In this document: in pieces, positions 46,024 to 55,587 of the stretch | Layout of the letters: each line of letters begins with the position of its first letter | How positions within the stretch are numbered: the first letter of the stretch is position 1 | Virus record (IMG/VR): IMGVR_UViG_3300020172_006270 | Location: 62,001-126,000 of that record | Length of the DNA: 64,000 nt | Direction: 5' to 3' (one strand) | Program-made: the position numbers and the translations under genes | Notes under the pieces: model-generated | What the model was told of the DNA's origin: nothing | Database searches by the model: none | Seen by the model: only the letters and a program-made list of their open reading frames with translations

Positions 46024-46539
46024 TTAACTGTTTTCTGTGTCGTCTTTGGGCTTTCTGGCTACTCGTTTCACGCTTTTGCCCTTATGCCCTTCTGGATGGA
46101 CTCTTTCGATGTGGGTGAACTGGACGGTGACTTTGTGTTCGAGATTATCTGGCGAATCAATCCCGTAGGCATTCTGTGAATTGCTCATATTGCAGGTGTG
46201 TTCAAAAACATAAAGTCCTTCCATGACCAATATGCACCTGTGTTTATTGTCTTCGTCTAAGAAGAATAGCGTAACGACTTCATCTTCAGGCACTTCTAAA
46301 AGCCAGTCAATCCAATTGTATTGACCGTTCTCAATGGTATTGAAGATCAGTTCCTTACGGCCCAGGTCAAGCAATAGTCCATGTACGCTGTCGCCCAAAT
46401 ACGGGTCGGACTTAAAGACCAATTGAAACTTGTTTGGCATAACTTTCGATGCCATTTGTTCTGCTGAGGGGGCCTGTGCAGTTTGTATTGCTTTTCCTGC
46501 TGGCGAATCCGGCTCATCGGGCAGATTAAAAATTGCCAT
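46024..46539 (-). CDS. hypothetical protein
   Basis: coupled to the upstream structural gene. Confidence 0.7.
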   Translation of the reverse strand: MAIFNLPDEPDSPAGKAIQTAQAPSAEQMASKVMPNKFQLVFKSDPYLGDSVHGLLLDLGRKELIFNTIENGQYNWIDWLLEVPEDEVVTLFFLDEDNKHRCILVMEGLYVFEHTCNMSNSQNAYGIDSPDNLEHKVTVQFTHIERVHPEGHKGKSVKRVARKPKDDTENS

Positions 46540-47282
46540 TAGCTGTATACCTGGAAAGAGTTTTTGTCGGATACGAACACGTTTTCACCAAAGGCAAGTT
46601 CAAACCAAATATTGTAAATGCCTTCATCATATTCTTCCGTATCGAGGAAGAAATATGCGTAACCTTTTTCACGATAGTCCACGAGAGTCCGATCTTCTAT
46701 CAGGCGCAAGTCTTGCTCTGCCGGGACACACTCCCCACATGCAAGCTCTATAGATACCCGTAAATCTGAGACTATGGCGAGATTTTCGTAGTAGGGAAGA
46801 ATCTCGGACCCTCGTGGAACATTCGGGACGACCTGGATCAGCAGATAACGCTTTGATCCTTTTCGTATTTTGTTAGGACGGAAGTTGAAATTAAAGTCGT
46901 ATATTGGCGGGATTGGCGTTGTGAACCACAAATCAGAATAAATCTGAAAGTTGTTCGCAACCTGGGCAGTTTCACATTCGCCGTCCTCGAAGACAACAGA
47001 CCAAACATCTCTATAAGAGCCGATTGTATACAGTGGGTCTGAAACCGCTAACTGTATAAGATATTGACCTGTTGCTTCTTGCACGACATCATCGCCAAGA
47101 ACAGTTTGAACTAATCGCAATCCTTGCGGGTTGTCAGCCGACTTGAAGGTATCGTCGTAAGTGTAAATGTCCACTTTCTCGATAGACTGCACATCTCTCC
47201 GGTTGTTGCTGTTGTAAGTAAACAACCGGAGATTTACTGAATCGCCGCAGGAAGGATTTTGGTATCGTTCTTTTGTTGCCAT
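46539..47282 (-). CDS. hypothetical, probable virion structural protein
   Basis: beta-rich Ig-like pattern; tail-gene context. Confidence 0.7.
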   Translation of the reverse strand: MATKERYQNPSCGDSVNLRLFTYNSNNRRDVQSIEKVDIYTYDDTFKSADNPQGLRLVQTVLGDDVVQEATGQYLIQLAVSDPLYTIGSYRDVWSVVFEDGECETAQVANNFQIYSDLWFTTPIPPIYDFNFNFRPNKIRKGSKRYLLIQVVPNVPRGSEILPYYENLAIVSDLRVSIELACGECVPAEQDLRLIEDRTLVDYREKGYAYFFLDTEEYDEGIYNIWFELAFGENVFVSDKNSFQVYS

Positions 47283-47285
47283 TTT

Positions 47286-47525
47286 TTATCGCCTTGACTT
47301 TGATTGAGACTGCGCTTTTCTGCGTGAGGCTTCCATTGCCTCGTTTTCTTTTTCTTTTTGCTCGATAAAACGCTCGATCATCCATTTCCGCAGATTGATC
47401 GGCAGACTCATTGATCCTGACATAGCTAAGTGTAAGTGATATTGGAAGAAGAATATTTCTTCCGCTAGTCCCTTCCAGAGTTCTATGCTTGGGTCTTGGT
47501 TTTCTTCCGTCGAGGGAAGAAAAAA
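47286..47525 (-). CDS. -1 frame extension of the hub/chaperone gene (gp51-like)
   Basis: open -1 frame after T TTT TTC: ...EEIFFFQYHL..SLPINLRKWMIERFIEQKEKENE. Confidence 0.65.
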   Translation of the reverse strand, partial: FFLPSTEENQDPSIELWKGLAEEIFFFQYHLHLAMSGSMSLPINLRKWMIERFIEQKEKENEAMEASRRKAQSQSKSRR

Positions 47526-48667
47526 TTTGCCTCCAGTGGGAGATCAACCTCAAAGTCCTGAAGACAGCTAGGGCAAGTAATTTCTACGTTTGTATCAACA
47601 CCGAATGGCGGCTCGTTGATGCAATTGCGGATATACGACACGTCGCTGATTGGCAGATTTTTCAAGAGGATTTGCAGTTCTCCCTTGTTGGTCAAGCCGT
47701 CGATATTATCGAGCAGCATAGACGTTCTGTAAATCAGAGTATCGTCAGCCGAAGCGTCACCGAAAGCCTTGATGCGACGATCACGGTATTCCGTGATCTC
47801 TTGCTCATCTCGGCCAGTTGAAAGCCGATATGAGAAAGGCAACTTGGTTGTCGGCAATACATCCTGCAATACTGGACCATAATCGGCAGGGCATGGTTCA
47901 ACATATAGCGTGTTGAGGTCAATGGTTGTTCCGAACTTCTTTTCACATTCAGGACACTTTACCTCAACGTCGTAATTCGGGGAATACGAAATACCACGCA
48001 GGTAAATAAGCATGTAAGTTCGGTCGATGGTGAGAAGCTGCTCTGGACGGAACTGCTCCTTCAGACATCGTTGGAAAATCATGTTGATGGCCTGACCCTT
48101 ACGAACGAATCGAGGGGTAGCAAGAATTTGTTCTTCTTCGCCCGTCATTGGACGAATAGAAACAACACCATTAGCAGGACCATCGGTGTCGTCATAGAAA
48201 CGACCCTTGGAAGGCAATTCAATCTCTTCATAAATTGTGGTTGAACCTTTCAGTCCTTCCAACAATTCCTTCAAGTGACCAGAGCTTGATGAAACAGCAT
48301 CTCGCTTCTTTGCAGGTGCGGCAGGAGTCGAACCAGGGCCTTCGCCACCACCAGACATCTGACCGAAGCCACGTCTTGGTTCGTTTCCAGATGTTTCACG
48401 CTGAACTTTTTGCTGCGGGCCACCCTGAGCGGCCTTTAGTGCTTGCATGAATTCAGGCGGGGCGTTTTCCATGCCCTTGATGTTGAAGTTGCCAGATAGC
48501 TTAGGACCGTCATCTGAGTGACCTTCCTCGCCAGCGGCCTGTTGTCGCATCTTCTCTGCCATATTCAAAGCGGCCATGCCGCCTTCATTCTCTTCGCCAG
48601 CACCAACTTGATCGTCATCGTCTTGCGGTGCTTGTGGCCGTCTTGGACGGAAAGTATCATCAGCCAT
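47483..48667 (-). CDS. baseplate hub/tail assembly chaperone (T4 gp26-like)
   Basis: EIELPSKG, RPMTGEEEQIL, LRGISY, CPEC, CPSC, NFFFP. Confidence 0.78.
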   Translation of the reverse strand: MADDTFRPRRPQAPQDDDDQVGAGEENEGGMAALNMAEKMRQQAAGEEGHSDDGPKLSGNFNIKGMENAPPEFMQALKAAQGGPQQKVQRETSGNEPRRGFGQMSGGGEGPGSTPAAPAKKRDAVSSSSGHLKELLEGLKGSTTIYEEIELPSKGRFYDDTDGPANGVVSIRPMTGEEEQILATPRFVRKGQAINMIFQRCLKEQFRPEQLLTIDRTYMLIYLRGISYSPNYDVEVKCPECEKKFGTTIDLNTLYVEPCPADYGPVLQDVLPTTKLPFSYRLSTGRDEQEITEYRDRRIKAFGDASADDTLIYRTSMLLDNIDGLTNKGELQILLKNLPISDVSYIRNCINEPPFGVDTNVEITCPSCLQDFEVDLPLEANFFFPRRKKTKTQA

Positions 48668-48727
48668 ATTTGTCTCCTTAGATTACTAGCTTATTGCAAG
48701 TCATCATCTTGGGGTTAACATAGTGTC

Positions 48728-49087
48728 ATGGAAATAAATCTGCAAAATATCGAGGAGCTAATTTTCTTCGACAAAAAGGCACACGCCTTGTTCCCCGAAT
48801 TTCGCCACCTTTTCGACCAGTGGCAGTTGGGCCAACGTATTCCAGGAATGAAAACCCTTGGTCAACGCAGTGTATTGGAATTCCTCAACTCGCTTGACGA
48901 AATTCGTATTCGCAAATTAGAAGAGTATTTCTCCGATACAATTCTAGTGGATAAAATAGATCATCGGCTGGCAGCTTGTTATAACTGGCAAATCGGTGAA
49001 GCTGACGAACTCTGCGAGTTCACTGGCTACAGGGATTTTTGTATCCACAGAGATAAGGATAGAATCTACGCTACATTTTGGCGGTGA
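48728..49087 (+). CDS. hypothetical protein
   Basis: 119-aa ORF. Confidence 0.7.
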   Translation: MEINLQNIEELIFFDKKAHALFPEFRHLFDQWQLGQRIPGMKTLGQRSVLEFLNSLDEIRIRKLEEYFSDTILVDKIDHRLAACYNWQIGEADELCEFTGYRDFCIHRDKDRIYATFWR

Positions 49088-49119
49088 TTTTTCCTCCAAA
49101 ACCTAAATAAAGGAAAGCT

Positions 49120-49458
49120 ATGAGCATTGAAACTTTGATTTTGTTTGCCTTGAGTACCATTGGAATGGCCCACATCATTGTAGATGGGTCCATAATGGAA
49201 TGGTTTCGCACACTCGTTAAGTCCCTTACCGCTAAGATTGGCGTGCCTAGTCTGGGTGGCGTAGTGGACTGTTACCTATGTTGCGGTACTTGGTGTGGAT
49301 TTTTAATGGGTGCAATATGGATTTCATATAGCCCACTTCAAATCTTTGCCTGTGGCTGCGCAGGTGGGTTTTTGGCAAACTTAGCTGCCGTTGTCCTCAA
49401 TTGGCTTGAGGCGGCAACTATTGTCAACTTACCAAATGATGAGAAACATGAGTCTTAA
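49120..49458 (+). CDS. membrane protein with CxxC (DUF1360-like)
   Basis: CYLCCGTWCG, several TM helices. Confidence 0.65.
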   Translation: MSIETLILFALSTIGMAHIIVDGSIMEWFRTLVKSLTAKIGVPSLGGVVDCYLCCGTWCGFLMGAIWISYSPLQIFACGCAGGFLANLAAVVLNWLEAATIVNLPNDEKHES

Positions 49459-49768
49459 AACATATCAGTTCTTTTGTGACAATTGCGGCTACAAAAGATT
49501 CACCAAGGGCGACGACATTCAGGATTTAGTCCAAGTTAAACAAGCGGCTGTGCCTCGTGGATCGCCCTTTGTTGACCCCTTTACAAAAAAAGTAGTCATT
49601 CCTCCATCCATGAATCGGGCAAAATCATTCAAATGTCCTGGTTGTGGATATGTGATTAAAGCGACAAAATTGACCTTAGTGGAGACAACACCAGATGAGC
49701 AGACCAATCGGATTGATGGACGTGAAGCAGGCCCTACGGGACAAGCGCTTCCGGGAGAGCTTGTCTAG
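49448..49768 (+). CDS. Zn-ribbon hypothetical protein
   Basis: CDNC...CPGC. Confidence 0.7.
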   Translation: MSLKTYQFFCDNCGYKRFTKGDDIQDLVQVKQAAVPRGSPFVDPFTKKVVIPPSMNRAKSFKCPGCGYVIKATKLTLVETTPDEQTNRIDGREAGPTGQALPGELV

Positions 49769-50075
49769 TGACTTTATAGACGACATACAGAAATATTTGC
49801 AAAATCCTGGCTGTGCTTGTAATGTGCCGATTTACAAAAAGATAATGATTCATGCAAAGGAGCAACTTCAAGCATATTACCCAAGCAGATCAGTGGCAAA
49901 CTTAGATGAAGAAGCTAAAAAGTTAGCCGACAACAACTTTAGCGTCATCAACTGTCATGTTGATGAATTAGAGGCACGCCTCAGAAAGTTGCCACCTGGA
50001 CGTAAACAGCTTGCTGTGGCACGGTTTGAAGACACAGTTACGGTAGTCGTAAATGAATTAGATGTTGTTTATTGA
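49695..50075 (+). CDS. hypothetical protein
   Basis: RBS GGAG; NPGCAC. Confidence 0.7.
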   Translation: MSRPIGLMDVKQALRDKRFRESLSSDFIDDIQKYLQNPGCACNVPIYKKIMIHAKEQLQAYYPSRSVANLDEEAKKLADNNFSVINCHVDELEARLRKLPPGRKQLAVARFEDTVTVVVNELDVVY

Positions 50076-50100
50076 GGATATATAATTTGGGAGGTAGATT

Positions 50101-50580
50101 ATGATGAACGATCAAGAAGAATACAAAGACTTGTATGAGATGGCACCAGTGGGTCTATGGCGAACCCACATTGACAATGGACATTTTATTCATGCCAATG
50201 AAGCCGCCATAAGCATACTTGGTTTTTCTGATTTTGATGATCTTTCAACGCACTCTGCCACTGATTTTTATGACGAAAAAGAACGAGAGGAATTGATTAA
50301 AGAGCTTCGTAGACATGGGGCAATATCTGATTTTCAAGTGGCCATGAAACGCAAAGATGGCAAAGAAATCACTGTCAGTCTGACTGCCAAGCTCAATGAA
50401 GAAAAAGGTTATATTGAAGGAACGATTCGTGATGTGACCGGCATCATAAGCATAAAAGCATCAGCCATAATTCCTCATTTGGAAAAGATGTCCGAACTCA
50501 AGAGACATATTCTTGAGAAGATCAAGGGCGATTGTTGTGACTCTGATTCTTTGACCCATAGAATCGCAAAGACTGCTTGA
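50101..50580 (+). CDS. stand-alone PAS-domain protein
   Basis: YKDLYEMAPVGLW..ANEA..LGF..RKDG..GTIRDVT. Confidence 0.88.
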   Translation: MMNDQEEYKDLYEMAPVGLWRTHIDNGHFIHANEAAISILGFSDFDDLSTHSATDFYDEKEREELIKELRRHGAISDFQVAMKRKDGKEITVSLTAKLNEEKGYIEGTIRDVTGIISIKASAIIPHLEKMSELKRHILEKIKGDCCDSDSLTHRIAKTA

Positions 50581-51508
50581 TCTTTTTGCAGCCTTCAATC
50601 ATTTTCTGAGGGTATTCTTTGTATTTGGATATTTCTAGCGGCCAACCATCATCCTTGAGCCGCCTACTTCCCAAAAGTATGGCGTTTTCATAAAACGTAT
50701 TTGCTCTGTCATAATCTTTGATTGCATAATACGCATCTCCCAATAAACACCAAAATTCTGCCATTGTTGGCTTTTTAGCCAAGCATGGAAGCAATGACTG
50801 TATTGCGTGTTGGTAATCTTTTTTAATGTAGCAGTTTACCATCGAGCAATAATAGTGCGTCATATACACAGACATTGCATCGGATTTTTCTTGATGCAAA
50901 TACAGTCCAGCCCAATTCAAAAACGTATCCCAATTCTTGCCATTCAGGTGAGAGCAAGCGGTGTAATAGATTGGCTCAGTTGCCAACGGACAACGATCTC
51001 GCCACTTCTCGACAAGTTCTAAATATAGGCTTGAGTTGTTGTTTGGCCCCACGGCGATATATGCTGGAAGGTCTTTGGCGTCTTCATTTGTCAATGTTTC
51101 AAACACTGGATTCTTAAATCTCAGACCTGTGTTTTTGTGCCAAAGCCTGATCTGTTTGGTTATCACATCTCCCTGAATAATGCTCATTTTGTAGGCTATT
51201 TGTGGTCCTAGTAGAGCCTGTTGGATGACTTCATGCCCGGTCAGAATTGTCTCCCAAGGTTCAATGTGCAAATTCCATTTGGAGTCTGAGGACTTCAACA
51301 AATGGTTTCTTGCCTGGGATAGATCATCGTTTAGAGAAAGCCGAACAATAGTCGCTCCGTATTGGCGACATTTGCTTACAGTTTCGTCTTTACACCCAAG
51401 ATCACCGACCAAGATATTGGCGTTTAATGGCAACAAGGACTCAAGGGTGTGTTCAATCGTCTCTTCGTTGTTCTTGATTATCAGGTAGATCGTTAGGGGT
51501 ACTGACAT
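50522..51508 (-). CDS. GT2-like glycosyltransferase with a TPR region
   Basis: LIIKNNEETI, DLSQARN, AEFWCLLGDAY; DxD motif degenerate. Confidence 0.75.
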   Translation of the reverse strand: MSVPLTIYLIIKNNEETIEHTLESLLPLNANILVGDLGCKDETVSKCRQYGATIVRLSLNDDLSQARNHLLKSSDSKWNLHIEPWETILTGHEVIQQALLGPQIAYKMSIIQGDVITKQIRLWHKNTGLRFKNPVFETLTNEDAKDLPAYIAVGPNNNSSLYLELVEKWRDRCPLATEPIYYTACSHLNGKNWDTFLNWAGLYLHQEKSDAMSVYMTHYYCSMVNCYIKKDYQHAIQSLLPCLAKKPTMAEFWCLLGDAYYAIKDYDRANTFYENAILLGSRRLKDDGWPLEISKYKEYPQKMIEGCKKIKQSLRFYGSKNQSHNNRP

Positions 51509-51659
51509 CTTTTTTCTCGAACTTCTTCTCTATTAAGTGACTGATGGCAGATGCCTCATGCTCCATACCAATGGTTTGGTAGTGTTGTCGAAGCTCACGA
51601 TAGAACTTCGGCACATCGGGCTTGTCCAATATGGCAAGTAGTATCTGATAGATTTCCAT
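51453..51659 (-). CDS. hypothetical protein
   Basis: MEIYQILL... Confidence 0.6.
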   Translation of the reverse strand: MEIYQILLAILDKPDVPKFYRELRQHYQTIGMEHEASAISHLIEKKFEKKDVSTPNDLPDNQEQRRDD

Positions 51660-51680
51660 AAATGAAATAGAGCGACACAA

Positions 51681-52529
51681 GTGAAAAAGGATTTGGCCCC
51701 GATTAGAAATGTCCCCCAATGGCAACAACCTTGGGAGGGTAATTGCACTAAGAAGCCTTGGCAGTATCGTGTAACGGCAGTAGTGCCGGTTCTTGATACC
51801 TATGACCAGCTAGAAATATGCGTTCGCTTATTGCAAATGCAGACAGAGCGACCATATGTATTGATTATCGACACAGGAAGCTCTCCAGAGCAATACGCTC
51901 AAATTGAGACTCTTCGTGACGAAGATGTGGAAGTACATGCCATCCGACTAAATGGTGTGTTGCACCCTTCTGACTTCCCAGCTATGGCAATGGATATGGC
52001 CTTTAGCTTGTGCCGCACCGAACTTTTATTTGCCACTCACGCCGATGTGTTTTTACGTCGGCGTGATTTCGTAGAACATCTCACAACCTTATGCCCAAGC
52101 AAATCACCTGTTGTTGGATACGAAATCAGTCCCCGCTGTCATGCAGATTGGCACGGCATGGTTTCTCACACGGCCAGCATGTATCACATGCCAACTATGG
52201 ACCGAATTGGATTTGGCTGGAGCATGAGAAGATTATGTAACTATTACAACATTCAAGATTACAGGCCCAATGTCTCTCGCCCTCAATGGCCGGACACAGA
52301 GATATTGGGCAATTACATTTTGAGATCGTTCAAGATCAAACCTCATTTGATCGGCAGTGAACAAAACTTTGAAAGAAAGAAAGACGAGAACATTGACCAT
52401 CTTCGTAGTTTCACTTCGGGCAAGTTATACAGCCCGGATTACTACGAAAGGGTTAACAAATGGTACGAGGATGCCAAGATTGAAGCTCTTGAAAGACTGA
52501 GAAGTTGGGAGCAAGCGAGCGAGAAATGA
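51681..52529 (+). CDS. GT2 glycosyltransferase
   Basis: AVVPV, IIDTGS, THADVF. Confidence 0.8.
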   Translation: MKKDLAPIRNVPQWQQPWEGNCTKKPWQYRVTAVVPVLDTYDQLEICVRLLQMQTERPYVLIIDTGSSPEQYAQIETLRDEDVEVHAIRLNGVLHPSDFPAMAMDMAFSLCRTELLFATHADVFLRRRDFVEHLTTLCPSKSPVVGYEISPRCHADWHGMVSHTASMYHMPTMDRIGFGWSMRRLCNYYNIQDYRPNVSRPQWPDTEILGNYILRSFKIKPHLIGSEQNFERKKDENIDHLRSFTSGKLYSPDYYERVNKWYEDAKIEALERLRSWEQASEK

Positions 52530-52598
52530 CTATAGGCGCAGTATATAGATACCCCAATTTCTTTATCACGGACCCCTTGCGGGGCCTCAAGGAGCTTG

Positions 52599-53147
52599 AT
52601 GGCAACAACAGAATATCTAAACAATAAGACGTTCGAGAGTCTGATTGTGAAATTCCAGCAAGCCAAGAAAGAACGTACCAAATACCAGATGTTTATGGAT
52701 GACATCGCTGCAACTGAACAAAGGACGTTGAAGCGGGGTAAGTACCAGAAGCCTGCCGCATGGGTCACTATTGAAAAGACCTATCATGTCGTAGCTTTTG
52801 AGTTCTCACAGGTACAAGACGAATTGGCATTAGCTTTTTACACTCTGTCGCAGAATATTGTACGCTACGCAAAGTTCAATCTCATTGACCAGGATGACGC
52901 AGTACAAGAAGGCGTCATGATTTGCTTTGAGAAGATTGATCGTTTTGACCCAAAAAAGGGCAAGGCGTTCAACTACATGACTACCTGCATACTAAACCAC
53001 TTTCGACAACTATATCGTACCGCCAGAAACTACAATGAACTAAAGCGTAAGTATCTCGATTTCTTGCAGATTCAGATGGACCAACAACTACCAGCATCGA
53101 AGGCAAAAAGCATATACAAAAAGCACAATATTGCTAATGACTCTTGA
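52599..53147 (+). CDS. late-transcription sigma factor (T4 gp55-like)
   Basis: YLNNK, DAVQEG, RFDPKKG, AFNYMT. Confidence 0.82.
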   Translation: MATTEYLNNKTFESLIVKFQQAKKERTKYQMFMDDIAATEQRTLKRGKYQKPAAWVTIEKTYHVVAFEFSQVQDELALAFYTLSQNIVRYAKFNLIDQDDAVQEGVMICFEKIDRFDPKKGKAFNYMTTCILNHFRQLYRTARNYNELKRKYLDFLQIQMDQQLPASKAKSIYKKHNIANDS

Positions 53148-53229
53148 TTCGTGGTTGTAAAGACCTAGAATTCTTTAGGCAGACCAGGGTAGATAGTTGC
53201 CCTGGTCTTTTTTCTTGGTTGTGAGGAAT

Positions 53230-53508
53230 ATGGCAAATTATATCAGTAATTCATTCGATCAGCTTGAGAATCAGGAGTTGATTCAAAAATTGATTGATAG
53301 TGGGTATGGCAATCTTGTTGATGCTTTTCTACTAAATGACGGCAAAGTGTACACAAAAAAAGGCAGACTCAACAAAAGTGGAGCCTGCCGTGTTCTTAAA
53401 TGTAAACCTAAAGAACTTGAAGATGCAATAAAAGCATGTCAAGAACTTTTGAAAAGAGAAATGAGCGAAGAAGACGAAGAAGAGGAAGAAGAAAACAGCG
53501 AAGATTAA
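53230..53508 (+). CDS. hypothetical protein
   Basis: RBS GAGG; YTKKGRLNKSG; acidic tail. Confidence 0.7.
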   Translation: MANYISNSFDQLENQELIQKLIDSGYGNLVDAFLLNDGKVYTKKGRLNKSGACRVLKCKPKELEDAIKACQELLKREMSEEDEEEEEENSED

Positions 53509-54140
53509 GCAATAATCAAATTCCTGTTTCTCTCTCTTTGCAATCTTAGGAAGTCTTGGTAGCTCAACGAGGCACCAGTGCCGCCGCCGCCGCCACCGCC
53601 ACCGCCACCGCCACCATTTTCGATGTAAGCTCGGTCATATCTGAGGGTCAAGTCGCAAGTGATTAGCTCGCTGGTGGACATATCTAAGTCGCCAAATTCT
53701 ACAGCCTGTGGCCAAACAGTCTCGAAAATCCAAGTTTCAATCTTTGAACCACATCCATCGTAAAGTTCTAGTGTGGCTTGTGGTTTTTTGAATCCATCAC
53801 AAGATGGGCCGTATTGACTATTGGATCGAGGATCGTAAAGTTCTGACAGCCATTCAAATACGGGATTGAGAGAATTCTTCTTTAGATCATAAAGTGTCAG
53901 TGTTATCGGCTTCCATTCAGGTTTGCCAGGATAAAATACTGTTTCGGTTAAGTGTTGAACTTCAATTTCTCTGAAGGACACCGAAGGACGTGCAGCTTTA
54001 GATGGAGGTAAAGAACTTACTCCGTCTGCGCTCACGTCTTGAATTTTGAATAACCAGCGGTTTTTTCTCTTAAAGCAAGCATTTGGGTCTTCTAGCCCAA
54101 AGTCAAAGCCCATACTTCTACCGCTACCACTTCTTGCCAT
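53505..54140 (-). CDS. tail tube protein (gp19-like), copy 3
   Basis: ARP..E, PGKPEW, WPQAVEFGDLD, LTLRYD. Confidence 0.88.
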   Translation of the reverse strand: MARSGSGRSMGFDFGLEDPNACFKRKNRWLFKIQDVSADGVSSLPPSKAARPSVSFREIEVQHLTETVFYPGKPEWKPITLTLYDLKKNSLNPVFEWLSELYDPRSNSQYGPSCDGFKKPQATLELYDGCGSKIETWIFETVWPQAVEFGDLDMSTSELITCDLTLRYDRAYIENGGGGGGGGGGGGTGASLSYQDFLRLQRERNRNLIIA

Positions 54141-54148
54141 GATTTACC

Positions 54149-54931
54149 TCAAAAGTTTGTTCCAGGTACTCTTAATTGAACATTCAAGGCAGAAGAATTC
54201 AGCGGAATTCCACCAACACCAGCATATAAAAAGTTCAAGTTTCCACCAACCAATCCTGGATTGTTTGATCCTTGACCACTGCCAATTCCTGCTCCCAACG
54301 GGAGCGTTTCTGGTGGTATCAAAGGGAAATTGCTGAAGCTATTATTGCCACCAACGGAAATGCCTAAGCAACCACCACAAGCAGGATTGATTGGCGCACC
54401 ACAATTTTGCAATACTTCAACGGCACTGTATCGCAAGGTCAGTTCAATATTCACTTCTTCTGATGACGAATAATCTAATTCGCCGAAGTTGATTGCTTGC
54501 GGCCACATATTGTAGAGATTCCACGTTTCCATAGTCGTTCCGCAACCATCAAAGAGCTTCAATACGCCTACTCCGGCATATGATCTTCTTGTTGACGCTT
54601 GGTGTAATCCGACTGTATCCGTGAAATTGTAAACTGAAGCGAGCCAGTCCCAGAGGGGTTTCATGGCTACCGCATTGGTGTCGTAGTAGGTAACAGAAAT
54701 AGTTTCCCACTTACCTTTACCTGGAATCCAATCGGTTCCATGTAGGTAATTGATTTCTGTTTCTTCGACATTGAGGTTGGGTCGAGCGGCCAGTTTTACA
54801 TAATGAGATGGTACATCCCCACGGACAAGACCTTGTACTTCAAACGCCCATCGAAATTTGCGCTTGAATACAAGGTCTGAGTCCGCAAGATGCCCAAGGC
54901 CCATATCCTGACCATTACCTGATCTTGGCAT
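54149..54931 (-). CDS. tail tube protein (gp19-like), copy 2
   Basis: same motifs as the other copies. Confidence 0.88.
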   Translation of the reverse strand: MPRSGNGQDMGLGHLADSDLVFKRKFRWAFEVQGLVRGDVPSHYVKLAARPNLNVEETEINYLHGTDWIPGKGKWETISVTYYDTNAVAMKPLWDWLASVYNFTDTVGLHQASTRRSYAGVGVLKLFDGCGTTMETWNLYNMWPQAINFGELDYSSSEEVNIELTLRYSAVEVLQNCGAPINPACGGCLGISVGGNNSFSNFPLIPPETLPLGAGIGSGQGSNNPGLVGGNLNFLYAGVGGIPLNSSALNVQLRVPGTNF

Positions 54932-54955
54932 GGGTATATCCTATCTGTAGGGTGA

Positions 54956-55546
54956 TTAGCAACCTGCACAGCAAGGATTGATTTGACCACCGCAAAGCGG
55001 GATGTACTGTACTTCGCTATAACGAAGCGTCAATTCAACCGTTACTTCTTCCGAAGAAGAATAGTCCAGTTCACCAAAGTTAATGGCCTGTGGCCACATA
55101 TGACTTAGGTTCCACTGTTCCATTGCAACACCGCAACCATCAAACAGCAACAGTGTGCCGTCTGCGGAATATCCGCTCGAACCTGGACCGGCTCCTCTCT
55201 TCGAGGACTGGTGCAGACCGATTGGATCGGTGAAGTTGTAAACTGTTGCGAGCCAACTGAACAAACCTGTGATACCATTACCGCCGTTACCAATGTCATA
55301 GTAGGTAACAGTAATAGTTTCCCAAGAACCCTTTCCTGGAATCCACATCTTGCCGTGCAAGAAGTTGATTTCTGTTTCTTCTACCGTTAAGTTAGGCCGT
55401 GAAGCCAACTTTACGAAGTGAGCAGGAATCAACTGGCCGCAGTACGGCTGGACTTCAAATGTCCATCTATATTTTCTTTTGAAGACTAGATCGGGACCGG
55501 CCAATTGGCCCAATCCCATATCACGTCCCCCACCTGATCTTGCCAT
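54956..55546 (-). CDS. tail tube protein (gp19-like), copy 1
   Basis: same motifs; directly after the sheath gene. Confidence 0.9.
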   Translation of the reverse strand: MARSGGGRDMGLGQLAGPDLVFKRKYRWTFEVQPYCGQLIPAHFVKLASRPNLTVEETEINFLHGKMWIPGKGSWETITVTYYDIGNGGNGITGLFSWLATVYNFTDPIGLHQSSKRGAGPGSSGYSADGTLLLFDGCGVAMEQWNLSHMWPQAINFGELDYSSSEEVTVELTLRYSEVQYIPLCGGQINPCCAGC

Positions 55547-55587
55547 AATTATCTCCTTGTGGTCTACTCTCTATCTGAGCCAGTTTG

